64,000 nucleotides of DNA, taken from assembly GCA_017995075.1 (NCBI GenBank), contig JAGOJO010000001.1, positions 14,668-78,667 of the forward strand, in the 5' to 3' direction. The DNA is from Bacteroidia bacterium (GTDB lineage Bacteria > Bacteroidota > Bacteroidia > AKYH767-A > OLB10). This document shows, piece after piece, positions 48,749 through 58,624 of the stretch (positions are counted from its first letter, which is position 1; each line of letters opens with the position of its first letter). Below the pieces are notes generated by a model that was given only the letters and a program-made list of their open reading frames with translations, searched no databases and had not been told where the DNA came from. A program made the position numbers and the translations under genes.

Positions 48749-49231
48749 ATGGAAAAAACAACAATCATTCAACAACTCGGACTATTACCTCATCCCGAAG
48801 GAGGCTACTATGTGGAAACATATCGATCCACAGAGAAAGTAAACACTTTACGGGGAGAACGAACAGCCGGAACGTTGATTTACTTCTTACTTGAATCCGA
48901 AAACTTCTCTGCCTTTCACCGACTGCAAAGTGATGAAGCCTGGTATTTTCATGCAGGAACTACCTCTGCAGTACATATTATTCATCCTGACGGACAATTA
49001 GAAGTAAAGAGAATTGGTCCTTCAGGTCCACCAACAGAACAATGGCAGGTAATGATTCCCGCAGGAAGTTGGTTCGCCGCAGAGGTGCTCCAACCGGATT
49101 CTTTTTTACTCGTCAGTTGCAGCGTATCACCCGGCTTTGAATTCAGTGAATTTGAACTTGCACATCGTGACCAACTCATTGAACAATTTCCCCAACACCA
49201 GACGCTCATACACCGACTTTGTCGTCAATAA
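48749..49231 (+). CDS. cupin-fold protein, DUF985 family
   Basis: LGLLPHPEGGYYVETYRS is the DUF985 N-terminal signature. Confidence 0.6.
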   Translation: MEKTTIIQQLGLLPHPEGGYYVETYRSTEKVNTLRGERTAGTLIYFLLESENFSAFHRLQSDEAWYFHAGTTSAVHIIHPDGQLEVKRIGPSGPPTEQWQVMIPAGSWFAAEVLQPDSFLLVSCSVSPGFEFSEFELAHRDQLIEQFPQHQTLIHRLCRQ

Positions 49232-49319
49232 TGCAAAGATGACTTTCATCAGAGAAAATACAACGCAACTCAACCATAAAAGAGCGAAATAGTTGTACCT
49301 TTGAGAAAAGATCTGCAAC

Positions 49320-49532
49320 ATGGAAAAGAAATCCCCTCTGATTCTTTCATTCATCATCGGAGCTGCTGTAGGAGCTGCTGTTGGATACTTACTTGCCAGT
49401 GGAAAAGGCGAAGAGATACTTAGTGATTTAAAAGACTCTGCCGGCAAAATGAAAGACGAACTCGACAAACAAGTTGATAAAGGAAAAGAGTTTATCAACG
49501 ATTTAAAATCAATGGCCGACGAACAAGCATGA
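49320..49532 (+). CDS. YtxH domain protein
   Basis: 70 aa. N-terminal IGAAVGAAVGYLLASGKG helix and a KD-rich coiled tail, typical of YtxH. Confidence 0.5.
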   Translation: MEKKSPLILSFIIGAAVGAAVGYLLASGKGEEILSDLKDSAGKMKDELDKQVDKGKEFINDLKSMADEQA

Positions 49533-49933
49533 GTGAGCAGCAGGATCCCTCATTTGGTAGCTTTGCCCGTGAATTGCGAGCAGACATAGCAGCCTATGTG
49601 GACGCACGAGTTGAATACACAAAGCTGGTTGCCTATGAAAAGGTAGCCCGAATGACAGCCTCGGCAACAACTGTAGTTTTACTTGGTGCACTAGCCTTTT
49701 TCACCTTTTTCTTTTTATCAATAACTCTTGCATTATTCCTGGGAGAAATCCTTCACAATCAGGTAGCCGGATATGCTATTGTAACAGGAATAGATCTGCT
49801 CGCAGTACTTGTAATACTTTGGAGAAAGAACCTCATTGAAGAAGGTATCACTCAGAAAATTGTAGACCAGCTTCTCAAAGAGCACGACAAAGCCGAAGAA
49901 GAACAATCCCAAAAAGATGAAACCACTCGATAG
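49529..49933 (+). CDS. Holin-X-like (phage holin family III-like) membrane protein
   Basis: 134 aa with two central TM helices. Layout and its position after ytxH match the family. Start overlaps the ytxH stop (ATGA). Confidence 0.45.
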   Translation: MSEQQDPSFGSFARELRADIAAYVDARVEYTKLVAYEKVARMTASATTVVLLGALAFFTFFFLSITLALFLGEILHNQVAGYAIVTGIDLLAVLVILWRKNLIEEGITQKIVDQLLKEHDKAEEEQSQKDETTR

Positions 49934-50234
49934 ACTTCGTGCAGAGCAATCCAGAGCTAAAGCTGAAATGAAAATCAGGGAGACCAGGATATCTGAAAAA
50001 CTGGATTACCTCGAAGATAATTTCGGTAAGATGGCCATCCATTCTGTTCTACCTTTTAGCAGTGAGCAAATTCAAAAAGCCGGGAACATATTAAACCCGG
50101 TCAATAATTTTATTGAAAAGCTGATTCCATCATCTATATCAGATGAGAAGAAGGAAAAATACAAGTCGATCATTAAAACGGTTGAAATGGCTGCTGCCGG
50201 ACTTGCCTACAACTACATCCGGAAGTTCTTTTAA
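49917..50234 (+). CDS. hypothetical protein (third gene of the YtxH trio)
   Basis: 105 aa with a charged N-terminus and hydrophobic C-terminus. Overlaps the upstream gene by 17 nt. Confidence 0.35.
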   Translation: MKPLDRLRAEQSRAKAEMKIRETRISEKLDYLEDNFGKMAIHSVLPFSSEQIQKAGNILNPVNNFIEKLIPSSISDEKKEKYKSIIKTVEMAAAGLAYNYIRKFF

Positions 50235-50350
50235 AGGATAAATCCTATAACATTAAAGTCCCCTCCTCATTTTCAGGCTTGACAATCGGCACTAAAGTAA
50301 ATTTATACAACTGACAATCAACATTTTAAATAATCTTCATCAAACACTTG

Positions 50351-50382
50351 TTGTGACATCTATTGTAAATACATTATTTTTG
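50351..50382 (+). promoter_or_regulatory. candidate Bacteroidetes sigmaA promoter (-33 TTG ... 21 nt ... -7 TATTTTTG) for yceI
   Basis: TTG at 50351-53 and TAttTTTG at 50375-82. The start codon is at 50403. Confidence 0.4.
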
Positions 50383-50402
50383 TTTCACTAAATATCAGAA
50401 CT

Positions 50403-50987
50403 ATGAAAAAAACATTATTTACCCTGTTATTCTCCGCAGCTGTTTGGGGAGCAAATGCACAAACTACATGGAACCTTGATAACTCACATACCAATGTGAA
50501 GTTTTCTGTAACACACATGGTAGTATCAGAAGTGGAAGGATATTTCAAAACCTACACCGGAAAAGTAGTTACTAACTCGGCTGATTTTAACGGCGCTAAC
50601 ATTGATTTCAGCGTAGATGTAAACAGCATCAACACTGACAATACTGACCGTGATAAGCATTTAATGAGCGATGATTTCTTCAATGCTGAGAAATATCCAA
50701 AAATGACTTTCAAGAGTACCTCTTTCAAAAAAATCAGCGGTAACAAATACGAATTAGTTGGTGACCTCACCATTCGTGATGTGACTAAGAAAGTAACCTT
50801 CGAAGTAACTTTTGGCGGAATTGCAAAAGATCCATGGGGCAATACTAAAGCCGGTTTCAAAGCAAAAGGCAAAATCAACCGTAAGGACTATAAATTAATG
50901 TGGAATGTATTGACTGAAGCAGGTGGAATGGTAGTTAGCGACGAAGTTGAGATCGTTATCAACCTTGAATTTGCACAGGCAAAATAA
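50403..50987 (+). CDS. YceI family periplasmic protein (polyisoprenoid-binding-like)
   Basis: Signal peptide. NLDNSHTNVKFSVTHMVVSEVEGYF matches the YceI start-of-barrel motif. Confidence 0.8.
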   Translation: MKKTLFTLLFSAAVWGANAQTTWNLDNSHTNVKFSVTHMVVSEVEGYFKTYTGKVVTNSADFNGANIDFSVDVNSINTDNTDRDKHLMSDDFFNAEKYPKMTFKSTSFKKISGNKYELVGDLTIRDVTKKVTFEVTFGGIAKDPWGNTKAGFKAKGKINRKDYKLMWNVLTEAGGMVVSDEVEIVINLEFAQAK

Positions 50988-51006
50988 TAACACCCAAACC
51001 CAAAGA

Positions 51007-51044
51007 GGCTGTCCGGAATCACCGCGACGGCCTTTTTTGCTTTT
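51007..51044 (+). terminator. rho-independent terminator
   Basis: GGCTGTCCGG-aatca-CCGCGACGGCC hairpin followed by TTTTTTGCTTTT. Confidence 0.7.
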
Positions 51045-51114
51045 AGCCCTACGCAAAGAACTGATTTTTGATAGCAATTGAGACATTTATTCAATATTGG
51101 ACTATCTTTGAATC

Positions 51115-51573
51115 ATGAGTCCGTTAATCACCGAAGAACTGAATCAAAAACAGTTCAGAAACCCGCACCAGCAGGCGCAACTCAACATCATTTATACCTC
51201 CGGCTGGTTACAGAATCAGCACATGTTGATTTTCAAAAAATACGGCTTAAGTCATCAGCAATACAATGTGCTTCGGATTTTACGCGGAGCACTACCTGAA
51301 GCACTTAGCCTGGGCTCAATTAAAGCACGTATGTTAGATCGCATGAGCGATACCAGCCGTATTGTAGAACGGTTACGGAAATCGGGACTTTTAAAAAGGG
51401 CCATCAATACCACTGACAGACGTGTAGCTAAAATCACTATTTCATCAAAAGGACTTGAATTGCTCGAAAGTATGGCAGCAGAAGAATCCAATCTGGATTC
51501 CATTTCAAAAGCACTATCCGAAGAAGAGCTACAACAATTGAGCAGTTTACTTGACAAACTCCGTCATCAATAA
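51115..51573 (+). CDS. MarR family transcriptional regulator
   Basis: wHTH QQYNVLRILRG...LGSIKARMLDRMSDTSRIVERLRKSGL. Confidence 0.8.
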   Translation: MSPLITEELNQKQFRNPHQQAQLNIIYTSGWLQNQHMLIFKKYGLSHQQYNVLRILRGALPEALSLGSIKARMLDRMSDTSRIVERLRKSGLLKRAINTTDRRVAKITISSKGLELLESMAAEESNLDSISKALSEEELQQLSSLLDKLRHQ

Positions 51574-51597
51574 TTATCGGAATCCTCCCGGGAATTT

Positions 51598-53079
51598 ATG
51601 GAAACACCATTAGAGGAGGGCATAACCCGAAAACCAGGTTGGCCTATTATACTAGGTCCGCTCGTATTTCTGATTTCCTTCTTTCTTCCCTCCCCTGACA
51701 GCTTTTATCCGCTCATACCGGTAATGATAGGGCTCACCATTTGGATTGCACTCTGGTGGCTTACTGAAGCAGTACATATAGCTGTCACCTCGTTCATTCC
51801 ATTTATATTTATTCCGGCCTGTGGCATTGCAGACATCAAAGTTGTATCAGCCCAATACATGGACCCTATACTATTTCTGTTTCTAGGCGGATTTCTACTC
51901 AGCTTTGCCATCGAAAAATGGGGCTTACACCGACGCTTAGCTTTATTCATTCTTTCGTCTACCGGACACTCAGCAGGCAATATTCTAATCGGAGTAATGC
52001 TCACTGCATTTATCATCTCCATGTGGATTTCCAACACAGCCACTGTCATGATGCTCATTTCTGCTGTTCTAGCTGTAATTTATCAGTTAAACCATCATCT
52101 CAAAAACAAGGAGCATCACCGGGTCATTGGATCTGCCTTATTAATCGGACTTGCCTATTCAGCCAATATTGGTGGCATGTCGACATTGGTTGGAACACCC
52201 ACCAACATGATTTTCTACCGTTCATACAGTGAACATTTCGGCACCACCTATCCAATCACCTTCACCGGCTGGATGGCTTTTGCTTTGCCAGTTGCACTAT
52301 CGTTATTGATTACAACATGGCTTGTACTTCGATTCACCTTACTGAAAAAATTAGCAGCCATACCTTTTGACAAAGAAGTATTCAAGGCCCAACGCAAACA
52401 ACTTGGCAACTGGAATAAAGACGAACGACTCACTTTTTTAGTATTCCTGCTCACCGTGATTTTATGGTTCACCCGAGCTAATTTCGAACTTGGAAGTGTC
52501 ACACTTCGCGGATGGTCATCTTACTTCCCCTACCCCACGCAGATCACTGACGGAACGGTAGCCATGTTCATGGCCTTATTGCTCTTTGTAATCCCCTCCT
52601 CAACAGAAAAAGGGCGCAGTTTATTGACCTGGACCGAAGCATCAAAAATCCCCTACGAAATCATCCTTCTTTTCGGCAGTGGATTTGCTTTGGCCAAAGG
52701 GTTTGAATCATCCGGTCTCAGCAATTGGCTTGCTCAGCAGTTGCATGCATTAAAGGGAGTACATCCATTCCTGATTATCGTAACGATCGGAATTATTGTC
52801 ACCCTGATAAGTGAATTTGCCTCTAACGTTGCCAGCATTCAACTGGTAATGCCGGTTCTTATTTCTCTTCAGGCAGTAGTTGGACAACATCCGGCATTGT
52901 TACTGGTCACTGCAGCACTGGCAGCTTCTTTAGGATTTATGTTGCCGGTTGCCACTGCCCCCAACACCATTGTATTCTCCAGTGGTCATATTAAAGTCAG
53001 GGAAATGGCTATGGCTGGACTGATTATTGATCTAGCAGGAATACTGATCATTTCGATTTACCTGTACTGTTTTTTCTAG
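51598..53079 (+). CDS. DASS/SLC13 family anion:sodium symporter
   Basis: 493 aa, about 13 TM helices. Duplicated SNTAT-type hairpin motifs (WISNTATVMM; GTPTNMIF; TAPNTIVF). Confidence 0.7.
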   Translation: METPLEEGITRKPGWPIILGPLVFLISFFLPSPDSFYPLIPVMIGLTIWIALWWLTEAVHIAVTSFIPFIFIPACGIADIKVVSAQYMDPILFLFLGGFLLSFAIEKWGLHRRLALFILSSTGHSAGNILIGVMLTAFIISMWISNTATVMMLISAVLAVIYQLNHHLKNKEHHRVIGSALLIGLAYSANIGGMSTLVGTPTNMIFYRSYSEHFGTTYPITFTGWMAFALPVALSLLITTWLVLRFTLLKKLAAIPFDKEVFKAQRKQLGNWNKDERLTFLVFLLTVILWFTRANFELGSVTLRGWSSYFPYPTQITDGTVAMFMALLLFVIPSSTEKGRSLLTWTEASKIPYEIILLFGSGFALAKGFESSGLSNWLAQQLHALKGVHPFLIIVTIGIIVTLISEFASNVASIQLVMPVLISLQAVVGQHPALLLVTAALAASLGFMLPVATAPNTIVFSSGHIKVREMAMAGLIIDLAGILIISIYLYCFF

Positions 53080-53188
53080 AAATAAATTCATCTCCGTTTA
53101 AAAAGTCAGATTTTCTTACATTGCCTGATATTGCATCAACCGAAGGACTAAACGTGTCGTTCAATAAGCATATTTGAATTGACTAAAG

Positions 53189-56100
53189 ATGTTTGAAACG
53201 TGTAGAAAGATCGTACTTGCCCTGCTTTTAATGACGGGGGTCACTCCATTATCTGCTCAGCAATGTATAGAGTGTGGTGATGGGTCATCAGGAAGCTTTG
53301 ATGCTACCCAAGACACTATTTTAACAGGCGGCATCTATTATTTTGAAGAATTCATCATTCAACAAAATGTAAAAGTGCTTATCCGTGGGGAAAATCCCCT
53401 GATCATCTATTGCAAGGGATTCATCAATATTCAAGGTATTCTAGATGCTAGTGGTGAAAATGGCGAAGATGGTCTCCAAAACCTTACAGGCGGAAAAGGA
53501 TATGCCGGCGGCTTCAATGGTGCGGATGGAATATATACAACCCAACCCATTCAATCCGGGAATTCAGGTTTTGGTCCTGGTAGCGGCAATGGAGGAATAA
53601 ACAGCGGAGGAAGTGGCGCAGGTTATGCTTCCAACGGCTTAGGATGTACAATAAACGGAGGATTAACCTATGGTGATGCTCAGCTTACGAATCAATACGG
53701 TGGTAGCGGCGGCGGTAGTGGCTTCGCTACAACAGGATGTGGTTCTGGAGCCGGTGGTGCCGGAGGTGGATTTATCCATTTAAACAGTTGTGCAGGAATT
53801 ATAATTGGTGAAAACGGATCCATCCTCTCTAACGGTGGCGACGGCGGAAGCGGTCAATACTGCAGCACAGCAGGCGGAGGTGGATCAGGAGGGTCAATTC
53901 GAATAAGTTCCCGTTTCATCGATCTTAAAGGACGTATAATTGCACTGGGAGGATTTGGAGGTAATCCATTGAATTCACTTCCATGTTCACAAGGTGGAAA
54001 TGGATCTGAAGGAAGAATACGAATCGACTATCACGATTTATACAACGATGGAATTATTCTGCCGACTCCCTTCACCAAGGCACTGTTCAATGCCGGAATC
54101 AGGAGAGTTGTTGATACCAAATGCTATAACACACCCACAGGTTTTATAAAAGCGCGCGCGAGTGGCGGAGAAAAACCCTATACCTATTTGTGGTCAACAG
54201 GAAGTACCAACGAAGAAATCGTAAACCTTCAACCAGGCTTTTATACTGTAACTATAACCGATGCGAATGGTTGTTCAGTCGTTCAACAGGCTGAAGTAAA
54301 TCAACCCTCACAAATTCAATCAGAAATCACCACATACCCGCCTACCTGTTCTCAGTCAGGAGATGCAGTAGTTTTAGCCAATACAACAGGTGGGAATCCA
54401 TTCCCCTATAAAAAATCATTGGCAACTACACTATGGTCTAACACCTCGTGCAACGGACTCATGTTTGATTTTCAGGTAGACATAACTGCCAAACTAAACT
54501 ACCTGACTTTGCAGCTACCGGATACCGGATTACAACAGATCAGTGTGTATTTCAAAACAGGAACGATGGTACAGCATGAATTCAATCCCAATGACTGGCA
54601 ATTGATTTCTTCAACAGCTGTAAATGGATCTGGAAGTGATGATGAAACACCTATCGATTTAAGTAATCTACCATTACTGACACCCGGCCGATATTCCTTT
54701 TATATTTACAACCATCAATCGCCTATTCTTTGCGTAAGCAATAATGTTCTTGGAAGCACCTTTAATTTTGATCATGTAATCAGCTTATATCAAGGTACAG
54801 GCAGAGGCAGCTCCTCCAATATTTTTCAGGCACCTGTCACCTCTACTATGAATCTTGGAGGAAGGATATCCTATGAAGTTCCATCCTCCTCAAATGCTCC
54901 TTACAGCTACTCAGCAGGAACATTAACCGGAGCAGCTATTTCGGGACTTAGTCCAGGCTCACATAACATCACAATTAAAGATGCGCTTGGATGTTCTGTC
55001 CAAAAAACAATCCTGATCGATACACCATCTGAACCAACCATCACGAATGCCACTGTACAGTCGCCGAAGTGTCACGACTCAAACGACGGAAGCATACTCA
55101 TCAATGCAAATCCAGGAACAATTACACGGTATGCATCAACGCAACCACCGGTCACCTTACCCGTCAACGGATCCTTTATTCAGATAAGCAGCACTTACGA
55201 TGCAATTCTGGAAGCCATCGATCTCTATACACTGACAAACGGAACAATAGAAATTTACACTAAATCAGGAGGGTATTCAGGATTTGAAAACAACTCATCA
55301 GTCTGGACTTCGCTTGGGAACTACACAGTAAACACTGCTGCAAATCCGGTGCGGATTCAACTGAATAATCTCCAGCTGCTACCTGCCGGCACTAACAGTA
55401 TATACATCTATTCTCCGGATGGCATTATAAAAAATGCAGATTCAGCCTCTACATTTATTCAGAACGGACTATTACTTTCCCGCTCTTCTGCAGCTATAGG
55501 AAATCAAAATCCTTTTAACACAACAATTAAATCAAATGCATACTTTGCCGGGACACTTATTTACAAAGAAGCAAACTCAGGATTGAATTACCTCTGGAGC
55601 AACAACTCTTCTTCCAATCAGATCCAACAACTTTCAGCAGGAACCTACACGCTAACTGTATCACAGGGAAATGCCTGCAAAACAAGTGCGGTTTATCAAT
55701 TAAATGCTCCTTCACCAATCACGGTGTCAAGTTCTACCTCACCAGAAAACGATACAGAAAACGATGGTGCAGTAACTATTCATGTTGATGGTGGAATACC
55801 TCCCTATTATATTCAATGGCCTAACGGAGTTACCGGTCAGCATTTATCACAACTGAGTGCCGGTGAATACCCGGTATTTATTGCTGACTTAAACGGCTGC
55901 GTTTTAAGAGACACCATTCGTATAAGCAGATTTGACACGCCGATAAAAACAGAAGGATGGCTAACTATCCAACCCAACCCCGGACAGGGATTTATCAAGG
56001 TCAGCGAAGAAGTGAAAGGCATGAGCGACTGTGAGATGAGTTTGTTTGACCATCTTGGCCGATTAATTCTTAAGCAACAAACCAATATTTCAACTTTAAT

Positions 56101-56203
56101 GACAACAGGACTAAACCTCAGTCATTTATCTGACGGAAACTACATCTTACAAGTGCGAGACAGTGACCAGCTGTTTCATGCCAGAGCAATAATTATCCGA
56201 TAA
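53189..56203 (+). CDS. cell-surface protein: N-terminal Gly-rich beta-helix-like domain, SprB repeats, two copies of an unknown ~90-aa domain, T9SS C-terminal sorting domain
   Basis: Signal peptide. GGSGGGSG...GGGGSGGS glycine-rich segment. At least four SprB-type repeats (...YTYLWSTGSTNEEIVNLQPGFYTVTITDANGCSV; YLWSNNSSSNQIQQLSAGTYTLTVSQGNAC; YYIQWPNGVTGQHLSQLSAGEYPVFIADLNGCV). The C-terminus LTIQPNPGQGFIKV...GNYILQVRDSDQLFHARAIIIR fits the T9SS CTD. Confidence 0.75.
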   Translation: MFETCRKIVLALLLMTGVTPLSAQQCIECGDGSSGSFDATQDTILTGGIYYFEEFIIQQNVKVLIRGENPLIIYCKGFINIQGILDASGENGEDGLQNLTGGKGYAGGFNGADGIYTTQPIQSGNSGFGPGSGNGGINSGGSGAGYASNGLGCTINGGLTYGDAQLTNQYGGSGGGSGFATTGCGSGAGGAGGGFIHLNSCAGIIIGENGSILSNGGDGGSGQYCSTAGGGGSGGSIRISSRFIDLKGRIIALGGFGGNPLNSLPCSQGGNGSEGRIRIDYHDLYNDGIILPTPFTKALFNAGIRRVVDTKCYNTPTGFIKARASGGEKPYTYLWSTGSTNEEIVNLQPGFYTVTITDANGCSVVQQAEVNQPSQIQSEITTYPPTCSQSGDAVVLANTTGGNPFPYKKSLATTLWSNTSCNGLMFDFQVDITAKLNYLTLQLPDTGLQQISVYFKTGTMVQHEFNPNDWQLISSTAVNGSGSDDETPIDLSNLPLLTPGRYSFYIYNHQSPILCVSNNVLGSTFNFDHVISLYQGTGRGSSSNIFQAPVTSTMNLGGRISYEVPSSSNAPYSYSAGTLTGAAISGLSPGSHNITIKDALGCSVQKTILIDTPSEPTITNATVQSPKCHDSNDGSILINANPGTITRYASTQPPVTLPVNGSFIQISSTYDAILEAIDLYTLTNGTIEIYTKSGGYSGFENNSSVWTSLGNYTVNTAANPVRIQLNNLQLLPAGTNSIYIYSPDGIIKNADSASTFIQNGLLLSRSSAAIGNQNPFNTTIKSNAYFAGTLIYKEANSGLNYLWSNNSSSNQIQQLSAGTYTLTVSQGNACKTSAVYQLNAPSPITVSSSTSPENDTENDGAVTIHVDGGIPPYYIQWPNGVTGQHLSQLSAGEYPVFIADLNGCVLRDTIRISRFDTPIKTEGWLTIQPNPGQGFIKVSEEVKGMSDCEMSLFDHLGRLILKQQTNISTLMTTGLNLSHLSDGNYILQVRDSDQLFHARAIIIR

Positions 56204-56269
56204 TCAGAAATTCGCGGATACTACCGATTCATTGATTATTTTAGAGGCCGCAAACTCCTCTGAAATAAC

Positions 56270-58600
56270 ATGAAAAGGATTCTACTCAACTTTCTTGTAT
56301 GCATCGCCGGTATCTTTCCGGTCCATAGTCAGAATATCATCCCTGACATTGTACATTATACCATTCAGGTTGATGACATCAACTACAGCGCTAAAACAAT
56401 TTCGGGTGTCACCACACTTCGTTTTACCTCTGACAGCACAACATTTTCACAGCTAAATCTGAGTCTGCTGAAGCTTACCATTGACTCCATTCAACAAAAT
56501 GGAGCATCGTTGGTCTACACCTATAACGACACCGCCATTGGCATCACACTTCCTGTACCAGTTTCAGTAGGTGACACACAGGAAGTAGCTGTTTATTACC
56601 ATGGAGCTCCGAAGATGGATCCATCCGGTTGGGGAGGATTTTATTTTAGCAGCACCTATGCCTTCAATCTCGGAGTAGGTTTTGATTCAGACCCACACGT
56701 ATTTGGACGTGCATGGTTTCCCTGCAACGATGTATTTACCGACAGAGCATCGTATTCCTTCCTTATCAATACCGCGACAGGTTACAAAGCATTTTGTAAT
56801 GGTATACTCACCGGTTCTACCCCACTGCCCGGAGGTAAAATTCAATGGCAGTGGGAATTCACACAGGAAATTCCGACCTATCTCGCTTCAATGGCTGTTG
56901 CCCCTTATTATACCTGGCAACGGAATTACCAGAACATTCCTGTAGAAATCGCCTGCCTTCCTGTTGACTCCAATAATGTGACCGGCTCATTCATTCATCT
57001 TGATAGTGTAATCAGCCATTATATCGACGCATATGGCCCCTACCGCTACGACAAAGTAGGCTATTGCTTAATTCCATTCAGCTCCGGAGCCATGGAACAT
57101 GCGAGCAGCATACACATTGGAAAACCATTTATTGACGGCTCACTCAACAACGAAACGTTATGGATACATGAATTAGCCCATATGTGGTGGGGCGATTGGG
57201 TTACCTGCGAGACAGCGGGCGATATGTGGCTGAATGAAGGATTTGCAAGTTTTAACGAAGCCTATATCTCAGAACAACTTTATGGCACCACTGCATACCG
57301 TGACTGGTTCAGAAGTAATCACAGAAGAGTTCTTCAGTTTGCACACATTACTGACAACGGATACCTTCCACTGATTAATATTCCGCATGCGCATACTTAT
57401 GGTCCAACTGTATACAACAAAGGAGCCGATGTTGCTCACACATTGCGCTATTACATGGACGACGCTTTATTCTTCGATGGATGTAAAGCATACATGAATA
57501 ATCGCGGAAACGGAAATGCCAACAGCTATCAATTCAGAGATGAACTCACCAGCTCCAGCGGAATTGATATGACGCGTTTCTTTGATGACTGGGTTTTCAC
57601 ACCTGGATTTCCGCACTTCTCTATCGACTCTGTAGTTATGATGCCCGGAGGATTAAATCATTACTTCATCTACACCCGACAAAAGAGCAAAGGAAACAGT
57701 CACCTCTACAATATGCAGGTGGAAATCACTCTAGCAGATCAATTTCAAGACACCACTGTAACAGTAACCATCGATAGCCTAACGAACGTTTTTCATATTG
57801 CAACACCCAATGCTCCCACATGGATTTCCATAGACAGATATGATCATATGGCAGATGCAATTACCGATTACGAGCGAATTATAACTGCCACCGGAGCTTA
57901 CACCATGCCGGAAACCAATGTCCAATTAAACGTTCAGACATTAGGAACTGACACAAGCATTGTTCGTATCGAACATCATTGGGTTGCACCGGATCCATTC
58001 AAGAACACAGGATCAGGAATACGAGTAAGTGATTATCATTACTGGAGTGCCGACGGATTCTTTGAGCCAGGATTCCGTACGAAAGCGACATTTACCTATA
58101 ACGGATCATTTAGTACAGCTACCGGATACATCGACAACACATTCATCAACGGGACAGAAGATAGTCTTGTTTTACTCTATCGTCCGAATGCAGCCTACGA
58201 ATGGGAAATACAAACTGGAGTTACACTTTCTACAGGAAACAAATTCGATAAGATCGGAACAATTACCACTGACACATTAAAAATCGGAGAATACAGTCTT
58301 GGCTACCGCGATTACACCACAGGCTATTTTGCACCGGGTGAAGAGTTAAAATCCACACTCAACATCTGGCCCAACCCAACACATGACACAGTTAATCTCC
58401 AGTTTACAGCAGCAGAAAAATCGAAAAACTACCTGCTAAGCATTGTAGATGTTAATGGGAAAGTAATAATCAACCGCACGATACAATCAGGAGAACTTCA
58501 AAACTGGAAACCTATCAAACAAAGCAATGGCACCTACTTCGTGCGCATTTTTGATCAGCAGACTGAAGTCGCCAATGGTAAATTTCAATTAATAAAATAA
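56270..58600 (+). CDS. M1 family zinc metallopeptidase (aminopeptidase N-like) with T9SS C-terminal sorting domain
   Basis: Gluzincin HEXXH(18)E motif as HELAHMWWGDWVTCETAGDMWLNEGFASF. C-terminal LNIWPNPTHDTVNLQF...GTYFVRIFDQQTEVANGKFQLIK T9SS CTD. Confidence 0.85.
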   Translation: MKRILLNFLVCIAGIFPVHSQNIIPDIVHYTIQVDDINYSAKTISGVTTLRFTSDSTTFSQLNLSLLKLTIDSIQQNGASLVYTYNDTAIGITLPVPVSVGDTQEVAVYYHGAPKMDPSGWGGFYFSSTYAFNLGVGFDSDPHVFGRAWFPCNDVFTDRASYSFLINTATGYKAFCNGILTGSTPLPGGKIQWQWEFTQEIPTYLASMAVAPYYTWQRNYQNIPVEIACLPVDSNNVTGSFIHLDSVISHYIDAYGPYRYDKVGYCLIPFSSGAMEHASSIHIGKPFIDGSLNNETLWIHELAHMWWGDWVTCETAGDMWLNEGFASFNEAYISEQLYGTTAYRDWFRSNHRRVLQFAHITDNGYLPLINIPHAHTYGPTVYNKGADVAHTLRYYMDDALFFDGCKAYMNNRGNGNANSYQFRDELTSSSGIDMTRFFDDWVFTPGFPHFSIDSVVMMPGGLNHYFIYTRQKSKGNSHLYNMQVEITLADQFQDTTVTVTIDSLTNVFHIATPNAPTWISIDRYDHMADAITDYERIITATGAYTMPETNVQLNVQTLGTDTSIVRIEHHWVAPDPFKNTGSGIRVSDYHYWSADGFFEPGFRTKATFTYNGSFSTATGYIDNTFINGTEDSLVLLYRPNAAYEWEIQTGVTLSTGNKFDKIGTITTDTLKIGEYSLGYRDYTTGYFAPGEELKSTLNIWPNPTHDTVNLQFTAAEKSKNYLLSIVDVNGKVIINRTIQSGELQNWKPIKQSNGTYFVRIFDQQTEVANGKFQLIK

Positions 58601-58624
58601 ATCAGCACCCATCCACGACGGAAT

